Below, in pieces: positions 39,808-49,841 of a stretch of 64,000 bases of DNA. The number at the start of each line of letters is the position of its first letter. Position 1 is the stretch's first letter. Location: positions 832,001 to 896,000 of the forward strand of contig CAVRJY010000001.1 in assembly GCA_963721805.1 (NCBI GenBank), in the 5' to 3' direction. Below the pieces are notes generated by a model. The model had not been told where the DNA came from. It saw only the letters and a list, made by a program, of their open reading frames with translations, and ran no database searches. The stretch is from Nitrospirota bacterium. GTDB lineage: Bacteria; Nitrospirota; Thermodesulfovibrionia; Thermodesulfovibrionales; JdFR-86. The position numbers were made by a program, and so were the translations under genes.

Positions 39808-39914
39808 GCCACAATCTTCCGGCAGGCCATTGCCCACGTACTTGCGAAACCTTTAAAATCAGCAGCCTCATGGTTTATAATTGTTGATTCTGATTACGCG
39901 TTACGGAGCGGGCG

Positions 39915-40151
39915 ATGAATAAACTTAACTGTTGGGAATGGAAGAAGTGCGGCCGCGAGGCCGGCGGGAAGCTGGCGACGAAGTTCGGAGTCTGTCCGGC
40001 GTATCCCGATGGCGGCCAGCGCTGCGCGCGGGTAGCGGGCACCTTATGCGGCGGCAAGGTGCAGGGCACTTTCGCCAGCAAGTTTTTAAACTGCATGAAG
40101 TGCGATTTCTACCTCAGCAGCAACTACGACACCGGGTACAGGGGACTTTAG
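39915..40151 (+). CDS. Small Cys-rich two-CW-domain-like protein
   Basis: NCWEWKKCGRE..CPA..C..VAGTLC..C..CDFY. Confidence 0.8.
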   Translation: MNKLNCWEWKKCGREAGGKLATKFGVCPAYPDGGQRCARVAGTLCGGKVQGTFASKFLNCMKCDFYLSSNYDTGYRGL

Positions 40152-42010
40152 CCGAGCGCGTTTAGGCGCGCCTCGTACTCCTCCGAGCGGGCCTCCTGCT
40201 CGGAGGTCGCGGCCTCGAGCTCGGCGAACTTCGTGTCGATCTTCACCCTGAGGTCGTGCAGCGCTATCGACGCCTTCTGGATCGAGCCCCCGTCGCCGCG
40301 CGAGGAGGCGTCCATCAGCACCCCGGTCTCCCGGTTCTCCCTCGTCTCTAAATCTATTATTTCGGCCTCGAGCCTCGCTATGCGTTCCTTCAGCGGAGTG
40401 AGGACCTTCGAGCGCTCGTTGATCAGCGATGCCCTGGCGCGCTTTATGTCCTTGGCCCTGTAGTTCTTGGCTACGGCGGCCCCGCCGGCGGAATCGAGGG
40501 TGGAGGGCCCCTCGCCCTCCTCGGACCACCCGACGCGGTCGAGGAAGTCGCGGTAGCCACCCTCGAACATCTTGATCTCTCCCTGGTCGAATACGATCAA
40601 ACGCTCGGCGATGGCATCGAGTATCAGCTCGCTGTGCGTAACAATCATCACCGCACCGTTGAATTCGTCTATCGCCTCCAGGAGCGAGTCGATGGAAGGC
40701 ATGTCGAGGTGGTGCGTGGGCTCGTCGAGCAGCAGCAGGTTTGCGGGGCTTACGAGCAGCTTTCCCAGCAGGACGCGGCTCCGCTCGCCGCCCGACAGCA
40801 CGCGGACCTTCTTTAGCGCGTCGTCGTTGCTGAACATCATCGCGCCGCATATCGCGCGCGCCTGCGCGATGCTCACGTCGTTGCGCGTGTCCATGATCTC
40901 CTCAAGCACGGTCTTTGCCGGGTTCAGGCGGTCGATGTTGGTCTGGCCGAAGTATGCTATCCGGGCGTTCGGGTGAGGGGTTATCACGCCATCGCCCGGG
41001 TGCAGCTCCCCGGCGAGCAGGCTTAAAAGCGTGGTCTTGCCCCGGCCGTTTTTCCCTATCACGCCGATGCGGTCTCCGGGGCGGACCTCGAAGTTCAGGC
41101 CGTCGAGTATAGGGCTTCCCGCGCCTTGGTACGAAAACCCGAGCCCGCTTATGTCCATCATCCGCTTGCCGCTGAACGGGGCCTCCGAGAAGCTGAAATC
41201 CAGCACTCTCTCGGTCGAGAGCTTTTCCCTCCGTCCCTGCCTCTCCAGCGCTTTGACGCGCGACTGCACCGCGCTGGCCTTCGTGGCCTGGGCCCTGAAT
41301 CTATTTATGAAACGCTCGACCTCGCGCCGTTTCTTGTCGTCATTGATGCGCGTGCGCTCGTAGTGATCCTCCTCTTCGAGGATGCGGGCGGTGTATTTCT
41401 CGGTGCCCCCGGCGAACTTGCGGAACTTCTGGCGGTGGATGCCGAGCGTGTGCGTCACGACGCTGTCCATGAACGAGCGGTCGTGGGTGATGAGCAGCAG
41501 CTCGCCGCGCCACTGCCTCAGAAACCGCGTCAGCCACCTGATAGAGACGATGTCGAGGTAGTTGGTCGGCTCGTCTAATAAGAGCAAATTCGGCGCGGCG
41601 GCGAGCGCTTTCGTGAGGTTCAGGCGCACCTGGAACCCTCCCGAGAGCTCGGCCGGATCGCGGTCCATCAGCTCCGCGCCCATCCCGAGCCCTTCAAGTA
41701 TCGCCTTGACGCGGTACGTCTCGTCGCGGCCGTCCTCCGTGTGGGGCAGGGCGAGCGAGGCCTCGCGCAACACGGTCGGCTCGCTGAAACGGATGTGCTG
41801 CGAGACGTGCCCTATGCGGTAGCCGTCCGGGATGTTTATCGAGCCCTCGTCCGGGTGCTCCTCGCCGAGTATCATCTTAAAGAGTGTTGTCTTGCCCGAG
41901 CCGTTTATGCCGAGCACGCCTATGCGCTCACCGGGGTTAACGAAGAATCCGGTTGCGTCGAACAGGACGCGCTGGCCGTAATGTTTCGTGATGTTGTTGA
42001 CCTGTATCAA
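40148..42010 (-). CDS. ABC-F family ATPase
   Basis: Two ABC domains (GSGKTT/GRGKTT, LSGG, LDEPT), no TMs, C-terminal coiled coil; TTG start overlapping the cobO stop. Confidence 0.9.
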   Translation of the reverse strand: MIQVNNITKHYGQRVLFDATGFFVNPGERIGVLGINGSGKTTLFKMILGEEHPDEGSINIPDGYRIGHVSQHIRFSEPTVLREASLALPHTEDGRDETYRVKAILEGLGMGAELMDRDPAELSGGFQVRLNLTKALAAAPNLLLLDEPTNYLDIVSIRWLTRFLRQWRGELLLITHDRSFMDSVVTHTLGIHRQKFRKFAGGTEKYTARILEEEDHYERTRINDDKKRREVERFINRFRAQATKASAVQSRVKALERQGRREKLSTERVLDFSFSEAPFSGKRMMDISGLGFSYQGAGSPILDGLNFEVRPGDRIGVIGKNGRGKTTLLSLLAGELHPGDGVITPHPNARIAYFGQTNIDRLNPAKTVLEEIMDTRNDVSIAQARAICGAMMFSNDDALKKVRVLSGGERSRVLLGKLLVSPANLLLLDEPTHHLDMPSIDSLLEAIDEFNGAVMIVTHSELILDAIAERLIVFDQGEIKMFEGGYRDFLDRVGWSEEGEGPSTLDSAGGAAVAKNYRAKDIKRARASLINERSKVLTPLKERIARLEAEIIDLETRENRETGVLMDASSRGDGGSIQKASIALHDLRVKIDTKFAELEAATSEQEARSEEYEARLNALG

Positions 42011-42528
42011 AACTCTATCCCTCGTCTCGCTCCTATTTTATTTGCGTACGGGTGCTTCGACTCGCGCATCTCGGTCACGAGGTCGGCCGAAGCGATCAGC
42101 TCGTCCGGCGCGCCCCGGCCGGTAAGCACGAGTTCGGTATGTGGCCCCTTTTTGCTTATGAATTCCAGCGCCTGAGCGGTCGTGATTATCCCCCCCGAGA
42201 GCAGGCAGTTGAACTCGTCGAGCACCACCAGGTCATATCCCGCGGCGATGCGCGCCGCGAGCTCAACCAGAGCGCGGCCCGCGGCCTCGCGGATTTCTTC
42301 TAGCGGCACCTCGGGGTGAAACCTCGGGGAGAGCACGTCGTGAAACCTCATGACCTCGACGCCGAGCGCCGTGAGCAGCTCGGTCTCGCCACCCTCTCGC
42401 GACTTCATGAACTGCGCGTAGAGCACCCGCAGGCTGCGAGACCTCGCGCGCACCGCGAGCCCGACCGACGCGGTCGTCTTGCCCTTGCCCCCGCCGGTGT
42501 AAACGTGTATCAGGCCCTGCTCAAGCAT
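42007..42528 (-). CDS. cobO: Cob(I)yrinic acid a,c-diamide adenosyltransferase (BtuR/CobO)
   Basis: VYTGGGKGKTT, QFMK, LDE, LTGR, HPY...ARRGIEF. Confidence 0.9.
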   Translation of the reverse strand: MLEQGLIHVYTGGGKGKTTASVGLAVRARSRSLRVLYAQFMKSREGGETELLTALGVEVMRFHDVLSPRFHPEVPLEEIREAAGRALVELAARIAAGYDLVVLDEFNCLLSGGIITTAQALEFISKKGPHTELVLTGRGAPDELIASADLVTEMRESKHPYANKIGARRGIEF

Positions 42529-43678
42529 CGTTGCGAAACCCCTCAAGCACGCGTGCGTCTATCTTATCGAGGATGGATTTGAAGCGGCCGCCATAGCTCT
42601 TGCTCTCCGCAAAAAGCGACGAGCGCAGGGCCTTGAGTTGCGGGTCCGCTGTAGCGGCGAAGCTCAAGGGCTCTCCGCGCTGAAGCGCCATCCGCTCGTG
42701 CAGCAGCAGCCGCTTTGCGTCGGCTACGAAAGAGGCGACCTCGCCGGCAAGCCCGTCCGGCAGAGCGCCGTCCGGCAGCTCGCGTATCATCGCGTGGAGG
42801 GTGAAGTACTCTATCCCCCTGATGCCGCGCCGCCACTGGATCAGCGGCGGACGGTCGTACCACAGGAAGTTCCGCCGCCCGAAGCGCATCAGCCCCTCGG
42901 CAAGGTCTTGGAGCGGCCCGGACGCAGGGCGAGCGGTCTCGGGCCTGATCATGCAGTAGTCGAGCCCAAGGTGCTTCCATACGTTTTGGAGCATGTGCGT
43001 TCCGCTTTGGTCGTATGGGGTATCCGGGTGCACGAGCGATGCCACTACGCGGCCGTCGCCGTATGCGCCCTCGACGACCAGCGGGTCCCCCTTCATGCGC
43101 GAGGGGTCGAGGTTGATCCCGTACGCGCGTTCGACATCTGTCCAGCCCGTCTCTTGCATGTCCCCGGCGCAGAGGTCGGACGAGAAGGTCGCCTGCGTGT
43201 GCGACTCGAACACCCCGAGCACGCGTATCGAGTTGTCGGCCGGAACGAACTGCGACGGCCACCAGATATGAAACCTCGGCGAGTCGATCCCCTCCCATAT
43301 CGGGTGGGGCGTGAGGTTGAGCATAACAGGGCCGCTCAGGCTCGGGGTGCGTTCCCTTAGAGGGCGGCGGTTGATCTGAAGCAGGCCAAGGCCGTCCGTG
43401 GTCGCGAGCCCCGCGCCGCCGCATATGCCGAAATATGAACCGCCCGAGCCGATGAATTTTCTTATCGCTGTCGCGCCCTTATCTCCGAGGGCCTTCATCT
43501 TATTAGACGCCCAGCCGCCGGGCACTACGAGCGCGGCGTGGTCGCGAAGCGCCCCGGCGCGGATGTCCGAGGCGGTCACAATCTTGTATGCGAGTCCGTT
43601 GCGATTAAGCGCGCGGATGAGTATCAAGGCCCAGTAGAACGACTCGTCCCACAGCAGCGCCGCCTTAGGAGAGCTCAT
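42521..43678 (-). CDS. BPL-N / class I glutamine amidotransferase-like protein of unknown function
   Basis: LVVPGG and YFGICGGA nucleophile-elbow motifs, later VHP. Confidence 0.75.
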   Translation of the reverse strand: MSSPKAALLWDESFYWALILIRALNRNGLAYKIVTASDIRAGALRDHAALVVPGGWASNKMKALGDKGATAIRKFIGSGGSYFGICGGAGLATTDGLGLLQINRRPLRERTPSLSGPVMLNLTPHPIWEGIDSPRFHIWWPSQFVPADNSIRVLGVFESHTQATFSSDLCAGDMQETGWTDVERAYGINLDPSRMKGDPLVVEGAYGDGRVVASLVHPDTPYDQSGTHMLQNVWKHLGLDYCMIRPETARPASGPLQDLAEGLMRFGRRNFLWYDRPPLIQWRRGIRGIEYFTLHAMIRELPDGALPDGLAGEVASFVADAKRLLLHERMALQRGEPLSFAATADPQLKALRSSLFAESKSYGGRFKSILDKIDARVLEGFRNDA

Positions 43679-45374
43679 ACTTCCTCCCGTACCCGCGCGG
43701 CGTGACCATGCGCCCTCCCGTGCGGAAGCTCATCGAGTTTCCGATGATCACGGTGCTGCGCATCCCGACCTCGAAGTCCATCATGCGCTCCAATGTCGTG
43801 ACGACAGCGCGCTCGTCGGGGCGCATCGCGGAATCCACGATCCCTACAGGGGTAGATTGGGCGCGGTGGCGCAGTATGATCTCACGCGCCCGGCCGAGCT
43901 GTGTGGCGCGACCCCGGCTTTTTGGGTTATACAGCGCGATCACGAAGTCCGCGCGGCCTGCCGCATCGAGCCGCTCTTCTATCTTCTCCCAAGGCGTCAG
44001 GCGGTCCGAGAGGCTTATGGCAGCGAAGTCGTGCATCAGCGGAGCTCCGAGCACCGAGGCGCATGCGTTGAGCGCCGAGATGCCGGGGATGACCACAACG
44101 TCGACCGCTGCTGCCATCGCGTCGATGACCTCGAAGATCAGTCCGGCCATGCCGTATACACCGGCGTCGCCGCCGCTTATCACGGCCACGCGCCTGCCCG
44201 AGGCCGCAAGCTCGACCGCGGCCTTCGCGCGCTTGACCTCCTCGGTCATCGATGTAGCGACGACCTCTTTTCCTGCGAGCAGAAGCTCGATCATAGTGAT
44301 GTATGCCTTGAACCCGACTATCACGTCCGAGCTGCGTATGGCGTCGAGCGCGGCGGGCGTGATGTGCGAAAGCCCGCCCGGTCCGGTGCCGACGATGTAT
44401 AGCGTGGCCGCGAGCGACTCCGCGACCGCTAGCGTGAGGTTGCCGGATTTCGTCTTATGTACTATCAGCCTGCCTTGGTGCGATGCGACTATCGCCGATG
44501 GCTCCGCGACCGCCTGCACGCCCAGTGCGCGTTGTGCGGCCTCGGACTTCACGATGCCCTGCACGGAGTTCAACTCCTCGGCCGTGATGCCTATGACCCT
44601 GAGCCCGCGCGACTTTGCGAACTCGATCAGGCCCGGCTCCGCGGCCTTCTTCTCGTGAGTGGCGATGCATTTTAATGACAGCGGCGAGAGGGAGTGTTTT
44701 ATCATGAGCGCATCCACCGCGCCGGAGATCTCACCAGAAGTCGTGCCGCTGTTGAGGCCGATGCCTATCACGAGCGAGCGAGGCCTGAGCATCAGCGCGT
44801 GGCTCTCCATCACGCGTGAAGAGATGATAACGTCGGCCTTGTCAGGCGATGTCACGGCCTCGTATCCATCTGGCAGGTTAAACGCTCGATCCGAATATAC
44901 GCTGAGCGTGCCGTGCTCGATATGCCGCTTCGATACCCTTGGCAGGGCATCGCGGTTTTCGATGACCAGGCCATTGTCCTTTGCAAATACGTCGATGGAT
45001 ACCAGATCGTTCGTGTCCGTGCCGGTCGTGATGACCGGGTTCGCGCCGATATGCTCAGCGATCCGGGCCGCGAGCTCGTTCGCCCCGGCCTCGTGGCCGC
45101 CAAGCAGGCTGATCACGTTATTACCGCGTTCGTCGGTCACGACTATAGCGGGATCGTGAGCCTTGTCTTTAATGAGCGGGGCTATCGAGCGTACCGCTAT
45201 CCCCGATGCCATGATGAAGACAATAGCGCGGCTGGTGGGCCATAAGTGTGCGACGACCTCGCGAGTATATTTGATCGCCTCTGCCTCTGGATAAAGCGTG
45301 GCTATCCGTTCCGCTAAAGCGCGGCCGCCGGAGGTGACATAAAATATGATTACCCTGCTATGGTCTGTATCCAT
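43665..45374 (-). CDS. cbiGH: Fused CbiG (cobalt-precorrin-5A hydrolase) and CbiH (C17-methyltransferase)
   Basis: ASGIAVR, DPAIV, LLGGH..GAN, VAEP; then VGTGPG, SGGDAGVYG, HDFAAISLSD, TPRGY. Confidence 0.9.
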   Translation of the reverse strand: MDTDHSRVIIFYVTSGGRALAERIATLYPEAEAIKYTREVVAHLWPTSRAIVFIMASGIAVRSIAPLIKDKAHDPAIVVTDERGNNVISLLGGHEAGANELAARIAEHIGANPVITTGTDTNDLVSIDVFAKDNGLVIENRDALPRVSKRHIEHGTLSVYSDRAFNLPDGYEAVTSPDKADVIISSRVMESHALMLRPRSLVIGIGLNSGTTSGEISGAVDALMIKHSLSPLSLKCIATHEKKAAEPGLIEFAKSRGLRVIGITAEELNSVQGIVKSEAAQRALGVQAVAEPSAIVASHQGRLIVHKTKSGNLTLAVAESLAATLYIVGTGPGGLSHITPAALDAIRSSDVIVGFKAYITMIELLLAGKEVVATSMTEEVKRAKAAVELAASGRRVAVISGGDAGVYGMAGLIFEVIDAMAAAVDVVVIPGISALNACASVLGAPLMHDFAAISLSDRLTPWEKIEERLDAAGRADFVIALYNPKSRGRATQLGRAREIILRHRAQSTPVGIVDSAMRPDERAVVTTLERMMDFEVGMRSTVIIGNSMSFRTGGRMVTPRGYGRKYELS

Positions 45375-46101
45375 GCTTGAATTTCCTGTCATATAATTTC
45401 GATTCAGCCGCATCGTCATGCGCGAGCGCCGCGCCCACGTATATCAATGCGGTGCGAGTGATTGCGGCCTCCTTGACCTTTGAAGCGATGTCCGAAAGCG
45501 TCCCCCGCACGATGCGCTCGGTGGGCCACGATGCGCGCTCGACGACCGCGACCGGCGTCTCCGGAGTATAGCCGCCCTTTATGAGTTCTTCGACCAGCGC
45601 CTCGATCATCCCGACGCTCAGGAAGACGACCATTGTAGCACGATGGGCAGCGAGCGAGGCGATGTTCTCCCGCTCAGGCACAGGGGTGCGGCCTGCCATG
45701 CGCGTGAGGATCACGGTCTGCGAGACCTCGGGTATCGTGAGCTCCTGACCGAGCGCCGCCGCCCCCGCACCGACAGAAGACACGCCCGGCACGAGCTTGC
45801 CGTGTATGCCGAACTCCGCGAGCCGCCGGATCTGTTCGGTCACCGCGCTGTAAAAAGATATGTCCCCTGTATGGAGGCGTACCACGCGCTTGCCTTGGCT
45901 GATCGAGCTGCGTATAAGCTCCACGATAGCGTCGAGGTCCATCCCGGCCGAGTCGTATACCTCGGCCCTGATGCCCTGTAGCAGCGCGGGGTTCACGAGG
46001 CTCCCGGCGTATATCACGACGTCCGCCTCATCGAGCAGCCTCCGGCCTTTTATCGTCAGCAGCTCTGGGTCTCCGGGGCCTGCGCCCACGAAGCTAAGCA
46101 T
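45358..46101 (-). CDS. cbiF: Cobalt-precorrin-4 C11-methyltransferase
   Basis: GAGPGDPEL, YAGSLV, RLHTGD, ELTIPEVSQT, SKLY. Confidence 0.92.
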   Translation of the reverse strand: MLSFVGAGPGDPELLTIKGRRLLDEADVVIYAGSLVNPALLQGIRAEVYDSAGMDLDAIVELIRSSISQGKRVVRLHTGDISFYSAVTEQIRRLAEFGIHGKLVPGVSSVGAGAAALGQELTIPEVSQTVILTRMAGRTPVPERENIASLAAHRATMVVFLSVGMIEALVEELIKGGYTPETPVAVVERASWPTERIVRGTLSDIASKVKEAAITRTALIYVGAALAHDDAAESKLYDRKFKHGYRP

Positions 46102-46798
46102 TTCTTGTCCTCACGATCACGGTAGAGAAATAATTGAGGTCGCCTTCGTTGACCTCCGATAGCGGCTTTATCACCTCGCCTTGGCGCCCTGCGCGCGAGA
46201 CGAATACCGCGCCTCCCAAAAGCCCGCGCCTCGCGAGCACGGCCTTGATCTCCTCGATCACGCTGTGGGCCTTCATCAGTATGACGGTCTGAAACCCGTC
46301 GAGCACCGAATCGAGGTCACCCACGTACGTCGCGGGTATGACCGCGACCCTGTCGCCCGAGAGCGCGAGGCTCATCGATGCGGCCGCGGCCGAGGCCGTG
46401 ATCGAGCTGACGCCGGGTATGATCTCTGCCTTGAGGCCGGGCTCGATCTGGTGGATCGCGTCTAACAGATGAAAGAATGTGCTGTAGAGCGTAGGGTCGC
46501 CAAGCGTGATGAACGCCACGTCACGGCCCTGATACAGCAGGCCGAGCACCTCCTTGGCGGCCTTCCCGAGCGCCTCGCGTTGCGGGCCCTTGCGCATCGG
46601 GAAGTGTATCTCGAGCAGGCGCTTGCCCTGCATGTCCACGATGCTCTCGACGATGCCTAGCGCGACGCTCTCGCCGTCTTCTTTGCCCTTGGGCACAGCG
46701 ATCACCTCGGCCTCGCGCAGTATGCGCACGGCCTTGAGCGTGATGAGCTCCGGGTCCCCGGGGCCGATGCCTACGGCGTATAGCCTGCCTCGCGTCAT
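46094..46798 (-). CDS. cbiL: Cobalt-precorrin-2 C20-methyltransferase
   Basis: GIGPGDPELITLKA, FPM, TLGDPTLYSTF, YFS. Confidence 0.9.
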   Translation of the reverse strand: MTRGRLYAVGIGPGDPELITLKAVRILREAEVIAVPKGKEDGESVALGIVESIVDMQGKRLLEIHFPMRKGPQREALGKAAKEVLGLLYQGRDVAFITLGDPTLYSTFFHLLDAIHQIEPGLKAEIIPGVSSITASAAAASMSLALSGDRVAVIPATYVGDLDSVLDGFQTVILMKAHSVIEEIKAVLARRGLLGGAVFVSRAGRQGEVIKPLSEVNEGDLNYFSTVIVRTRNA

Positions 46799-47997
46799 GC
46801 GCGCCCCCTTATGAGCGTTACGGTATTTAACGCCTTCATGTATGTCTTTCCGTCCACGGGCTCGGAGCGCGATACAGATACTGCGACGATGTCCACCCCG
46901 AAGCCGTGGGCCTTAAGCGAGCTTATGGCCTCGTCGATATTCTCCAGCGTTATGGCCGAGACGACCACTACACCCCCGGCAGCCATGCGCCCGGCTGCAT
47001 GGCCGATGATCTCGCTCAGGCGCCCGCCCGAGCCGCCGATAAATACGCGCTCGGGGGAGGGCAGGGCGGCAAGCGCATCGGGGGCGCTTCCCTCGACCAC
47101 ATTGATCGCTCCGGCGTCGAGGATTCGGCTGTTGTGGCGGATGTCGGCCGCGCGCGCCGGGTCTTTCTCTATCGCGTATACATCGAGGGCGGGGCAGATG
47201 CGCCTTGCCTCTATCGCGACCGAGCCGGAGCCCGAGCCGATGTCCCATAGCACCCCGCGGCGCGGGAGCATGAGCTTGTGTATGGCGACTGCGCGGACTT
47301 CGTCTTTCGTTATCAGGCCGCGCTGGTGGCGGAACTCACCCTCGGATAATCCGAAGACGGGGCCGCCGGTTGCCTTGGAGAGGACGACCATCAGGTTAGG
47401 GCTTCGGAATTCCCTAAGCGCGATATCCTCGGCTGTGCCTGTCGTTATCGACTCGTCCGGATATCCGAGCCTCTCTAGAACGTGCACGGTGCACTCTGGC
47501 GGGAGCGAGCGAGAGATAGCGGCCGGCGTGTTCTCGCCGCCCGTGAGTATGAAGAGCTTGCCGTGGACCCGAAGCAGCATCCGCAGGTCTTCGAGCTTCC
47601 AGTCGCGCGTAGCCGTGCCGTGCAGGCTCACGAGGAATGCATCATGCCACGGTATGCGGAGCCGTGCGGCCGCGAGCTGCACCGACGAGAGCGTCGGGAT
47701 GATCTCTACCGGCCCGAGCGCCTCAATCAGCTTGATGCCTATGCCGAAGAACAGAGGGTCCCCGCTTGCGAGCACGGTAATGGTGCTCGCGGTTTTGCGG
47801 ACTCGCTCTATGATTTCTGACACGTTCGATATATTGACGCACTTCCCTGCGTATGGCTTAAACTCCGGGTGCTGCCCCGCAAGCCCGAGCAGGCTCGGGG
47901 ACGCCAGTATCTCGGAGGACGCATCGAGCGCGGCGAGCGCGGACTTTCCGAGCGCGCCCACGCCGTCGATGCCGACCACGAATATCTTCTCAGGCAT
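46795..47997 (-). CDS. cbiET: Fused precorrin-6B C5,15-methyltransferase
   Basis: ASGDPLFFGIG, SLHG, ITKDEVR, WDIGSGSGS, FIGGSG. Confidence 0.92.
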   Translation of the reverse strand: MPEKIFVVGIDGVGALGKSALAALDASSEILASPSLLGLAGQHPEFKPYAGKCVNISNVSEIIERVRKTASTITVLASGDPLFFGIGIKLIEALGPVEIIPTLSSVQLAAARLRIPWHDAFLVSLHGTATRDWKLEDLRMLLRVHGKLFILTGGENTPAAISRSLPPECTVHVLERLGYPDESITTGTAEDIALREFRSPNLMVVLSKATGGPVFGLSEGEFRHQRGLITKDEVRAVAIHKLMLPRRGVLWDIGSGSGSVAIEARRICPALDVYAIEKDPARAADIRHNSRILDAGAINVVEGSAPDALAALPSPERVFIGGSGGRLSEIIGHAAGRMAAGGVVVVSAITLENIDEAISSLKAHGFGVDIVAVSVSRSEPVDGKTYMKALNTVTLIRGRA

Positions 47998-49006
47998 TGG
48001 TTATCCTCCCGTCGTACGAGACCAGGTGCGCGCGCGTCGGTATCCCGCTGACGCTGCTACAGTACCATTCGGCCATGCGGAGCACCGGGCCGGGGCCTTC
48101 GATCTCGTCGAGCATCTCGCGCGCGGTGTTGTAATCTTTCCCCGAGAGCCTGATGCCGAGCCTGTCGAGGAACCCTGCAGCTTGTTTCATGTCGATCACG
48201 CCAGCGCGGACATGAGTGTCCGGGGTCGCCATAGCTATCTTGAGCATCTTGGCCCACTGGGCCGCGAGGTGTATGATTTTAAATCCGTGTGAGGCCGCCT
48301 CCTTGAGGCTGAACTCCACGTAGTCGCCCATCATGACGTATGAGGGCTCGGGAAGATTATATGTCCTCATGTGCGCAAGCTCGGAGGTGCGCCCGGCGCT
48401 CAGCACTATCTCATCGAGCCCCGATGCGCGCGCCACGTCCATCGACGAGCGTATCGTCGCGGTCCATGCCTCGCTCGAGAGCGGCCTGACTATCCCGGTA
48501 GTGCCTAGTATCGAGATCCCGCCCACGATGCCGAGCCTCGAGTTAAGCGTCTTTAGGGCAAGCTCCTCGCCGCGCGGGACGCAGATCGTGATCTCCATGG
48601 ATGATGCGACCTCTGAGACCGCCTCGCGTATCATCGCCATCGGCACGGGATTGATGGCCGACTCTCCGATCTTCACCGGGAGTCCGGGCCGCGTGACCAC
48701 GCCTACTCCAACGCCGCCTTTTATAATAATGCCGTTGTTGCTATGGGCTGCCATTGCCTCGATCTCGGCCCCGTTCGTGACGTCAGGGTCGTCGCCTGCG
48801 TCCTTGATGACCGACGCGCGAGAGACCGCGTCTTCCATGCCCTGAGAGTGTATCTTAAACGTCGCACGCTCGCCCGAGGGCATCGGGATATCTACCGACT
48901 CGCCGAGCGGTATGCCGGTAAGCTGCATTGCCGCGGCCTTAGCGGCCGCCGCGGCGCATGCCCCGGTCGTATAGCCCGAGCGCAGCGGCCTATTCGGGCG
49001 CGCCAT
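47990..49006 (-). CDS. cbiD: Cobalt-precorrin-5B C1-methyltransferase
   Basis: GYTTGACA, KDAGDDPDVT, GISILGTTG. Confidence 0.93.
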   Translation of the reverse strand: MARPNRPLRSGYTTGACAAAAAKAAAMQLTGIPLGESVDIPMPSGERATFKIHSQGMEDAVSRASVIKDAGDDPDVTNGAEIEAMAAHSNNGIIIKGGVGVGVVTRPGLPVKIGESAINPVPMAMIREAVSEVASSMEITICVPRGEELALKTLNSRLGIVGGISILGTTGIVRPLSSEAWTATIRSSMDVARASGLDEIVLSAGRTSELAHMRTYNLPEPSYVMMGDYVEFSLKEAASHGFKIIHLAAQWAKMLKIAMATPDTHVRAGVIDMKQAAGFLDRLGIRLSGKDYNTAREMLDEIEGPGPVLRMAEWYCSSVSGIPTRAHLVSYDGRITNA

Positions 49007-49841
49007 CGAGCCTCCTAAGCAGCATCCGCCTGGCCTCGCCGACCGTGAGCGGGAGTTTCTTGAATTTCACGCCGTCTTCCTCCCTGAGCCTCCATATGAG
49101 CTCGGCCACGTGCGGGAGGCGGAGCTTGACCTCGCGCATCTCCTCCGGGGCGTTGAAGACCTCCTCGGGCGTGCCGGAGCGCGTAAGCCTGCCCTTGCTC
49201 AATATATAAAGCCTGCTAAGAAACAACGGCACCAGGTCTACGCTGTGGCTCGCCATCACGACCGTAACGCCCTTGTCCTTATTGAGTCCCATAAGCAGAT
49301 CCATCATCCTGTACTCGCCCATCGGGTCGAGCCCGGCCGTGGGTTCGTCCAGCAGAAGTATCTCGTGGCCCATCGCCAGGAGCCCGGCGATGCAGATGCG
49401 CTTCTTCTGGCCGAAGCTCAGGTGGCTGATCCGGCTCTTGGCATGGCCGGACATGTCCGTGGCCTCAAGCGCATACCTGATGCGCTCTCGGATTTCGGGC
49501 TCGGGTATGCCCATGTTAAGCGGGCCGAAGGCCACGTCCTCCTCAACCGTGCCGCCGAAGAGCTGAGAGTCCGGGTTTTGGAACACGAGCCCCACGCGGC
49601 CGTATATCTCGCGCGGCGTAAGGCGGCTGATCTCCGCGCCGTCAAGCCGCACGCTGCCCTCGTAGCCCTTGAGCATCCCGTCCATGAGGTTTAGAAGCGT
49701 GGTCTTCCCCGAGCCGTTTGAGCCGAGGATGCCAGCGAACTCGCCGCGGCGCACAGCGAGGCTTATGCTCTGAAGGCTGAACGCGCCCTCGTGGTAGCGG
49801 TATCCGGCGTCTATGAGTTCTATCCTCGCAGGACTGTCCAT
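48990..49841 (-). CDS. cbiO: Cobalt ECF transporter ATPase
   Basis: GSNGSGKT, FQNPDSQLF, LSFGQKKR, LDEPT. Confidence 0.9.
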   Translation of the reverse strand: MDSPARIELIDAGYRYHEGAFSLQSISLAVRRGEFAGILGSNGSGKTTLLNLMDGMLKGYEGSVRLDGAEISRLTPREIYGRVGLVFQNPDSQLFGGTVEEDVAFGPLNMGIPEPEIRERIRYALEATDMSGHAKSRISHLSFGQKKRICIAGLLAMGHEILLLDEPTAGLDPMGEYRMMDLLMGLNKDKGVTVVMASHSVDLVPLFLSRLYILSKGRLTRSGTPEEVFNAPEEMREVKLRLPHVAELIWRLREEDGVKFKKLPLTVGEARRMLLRRLDGAPE

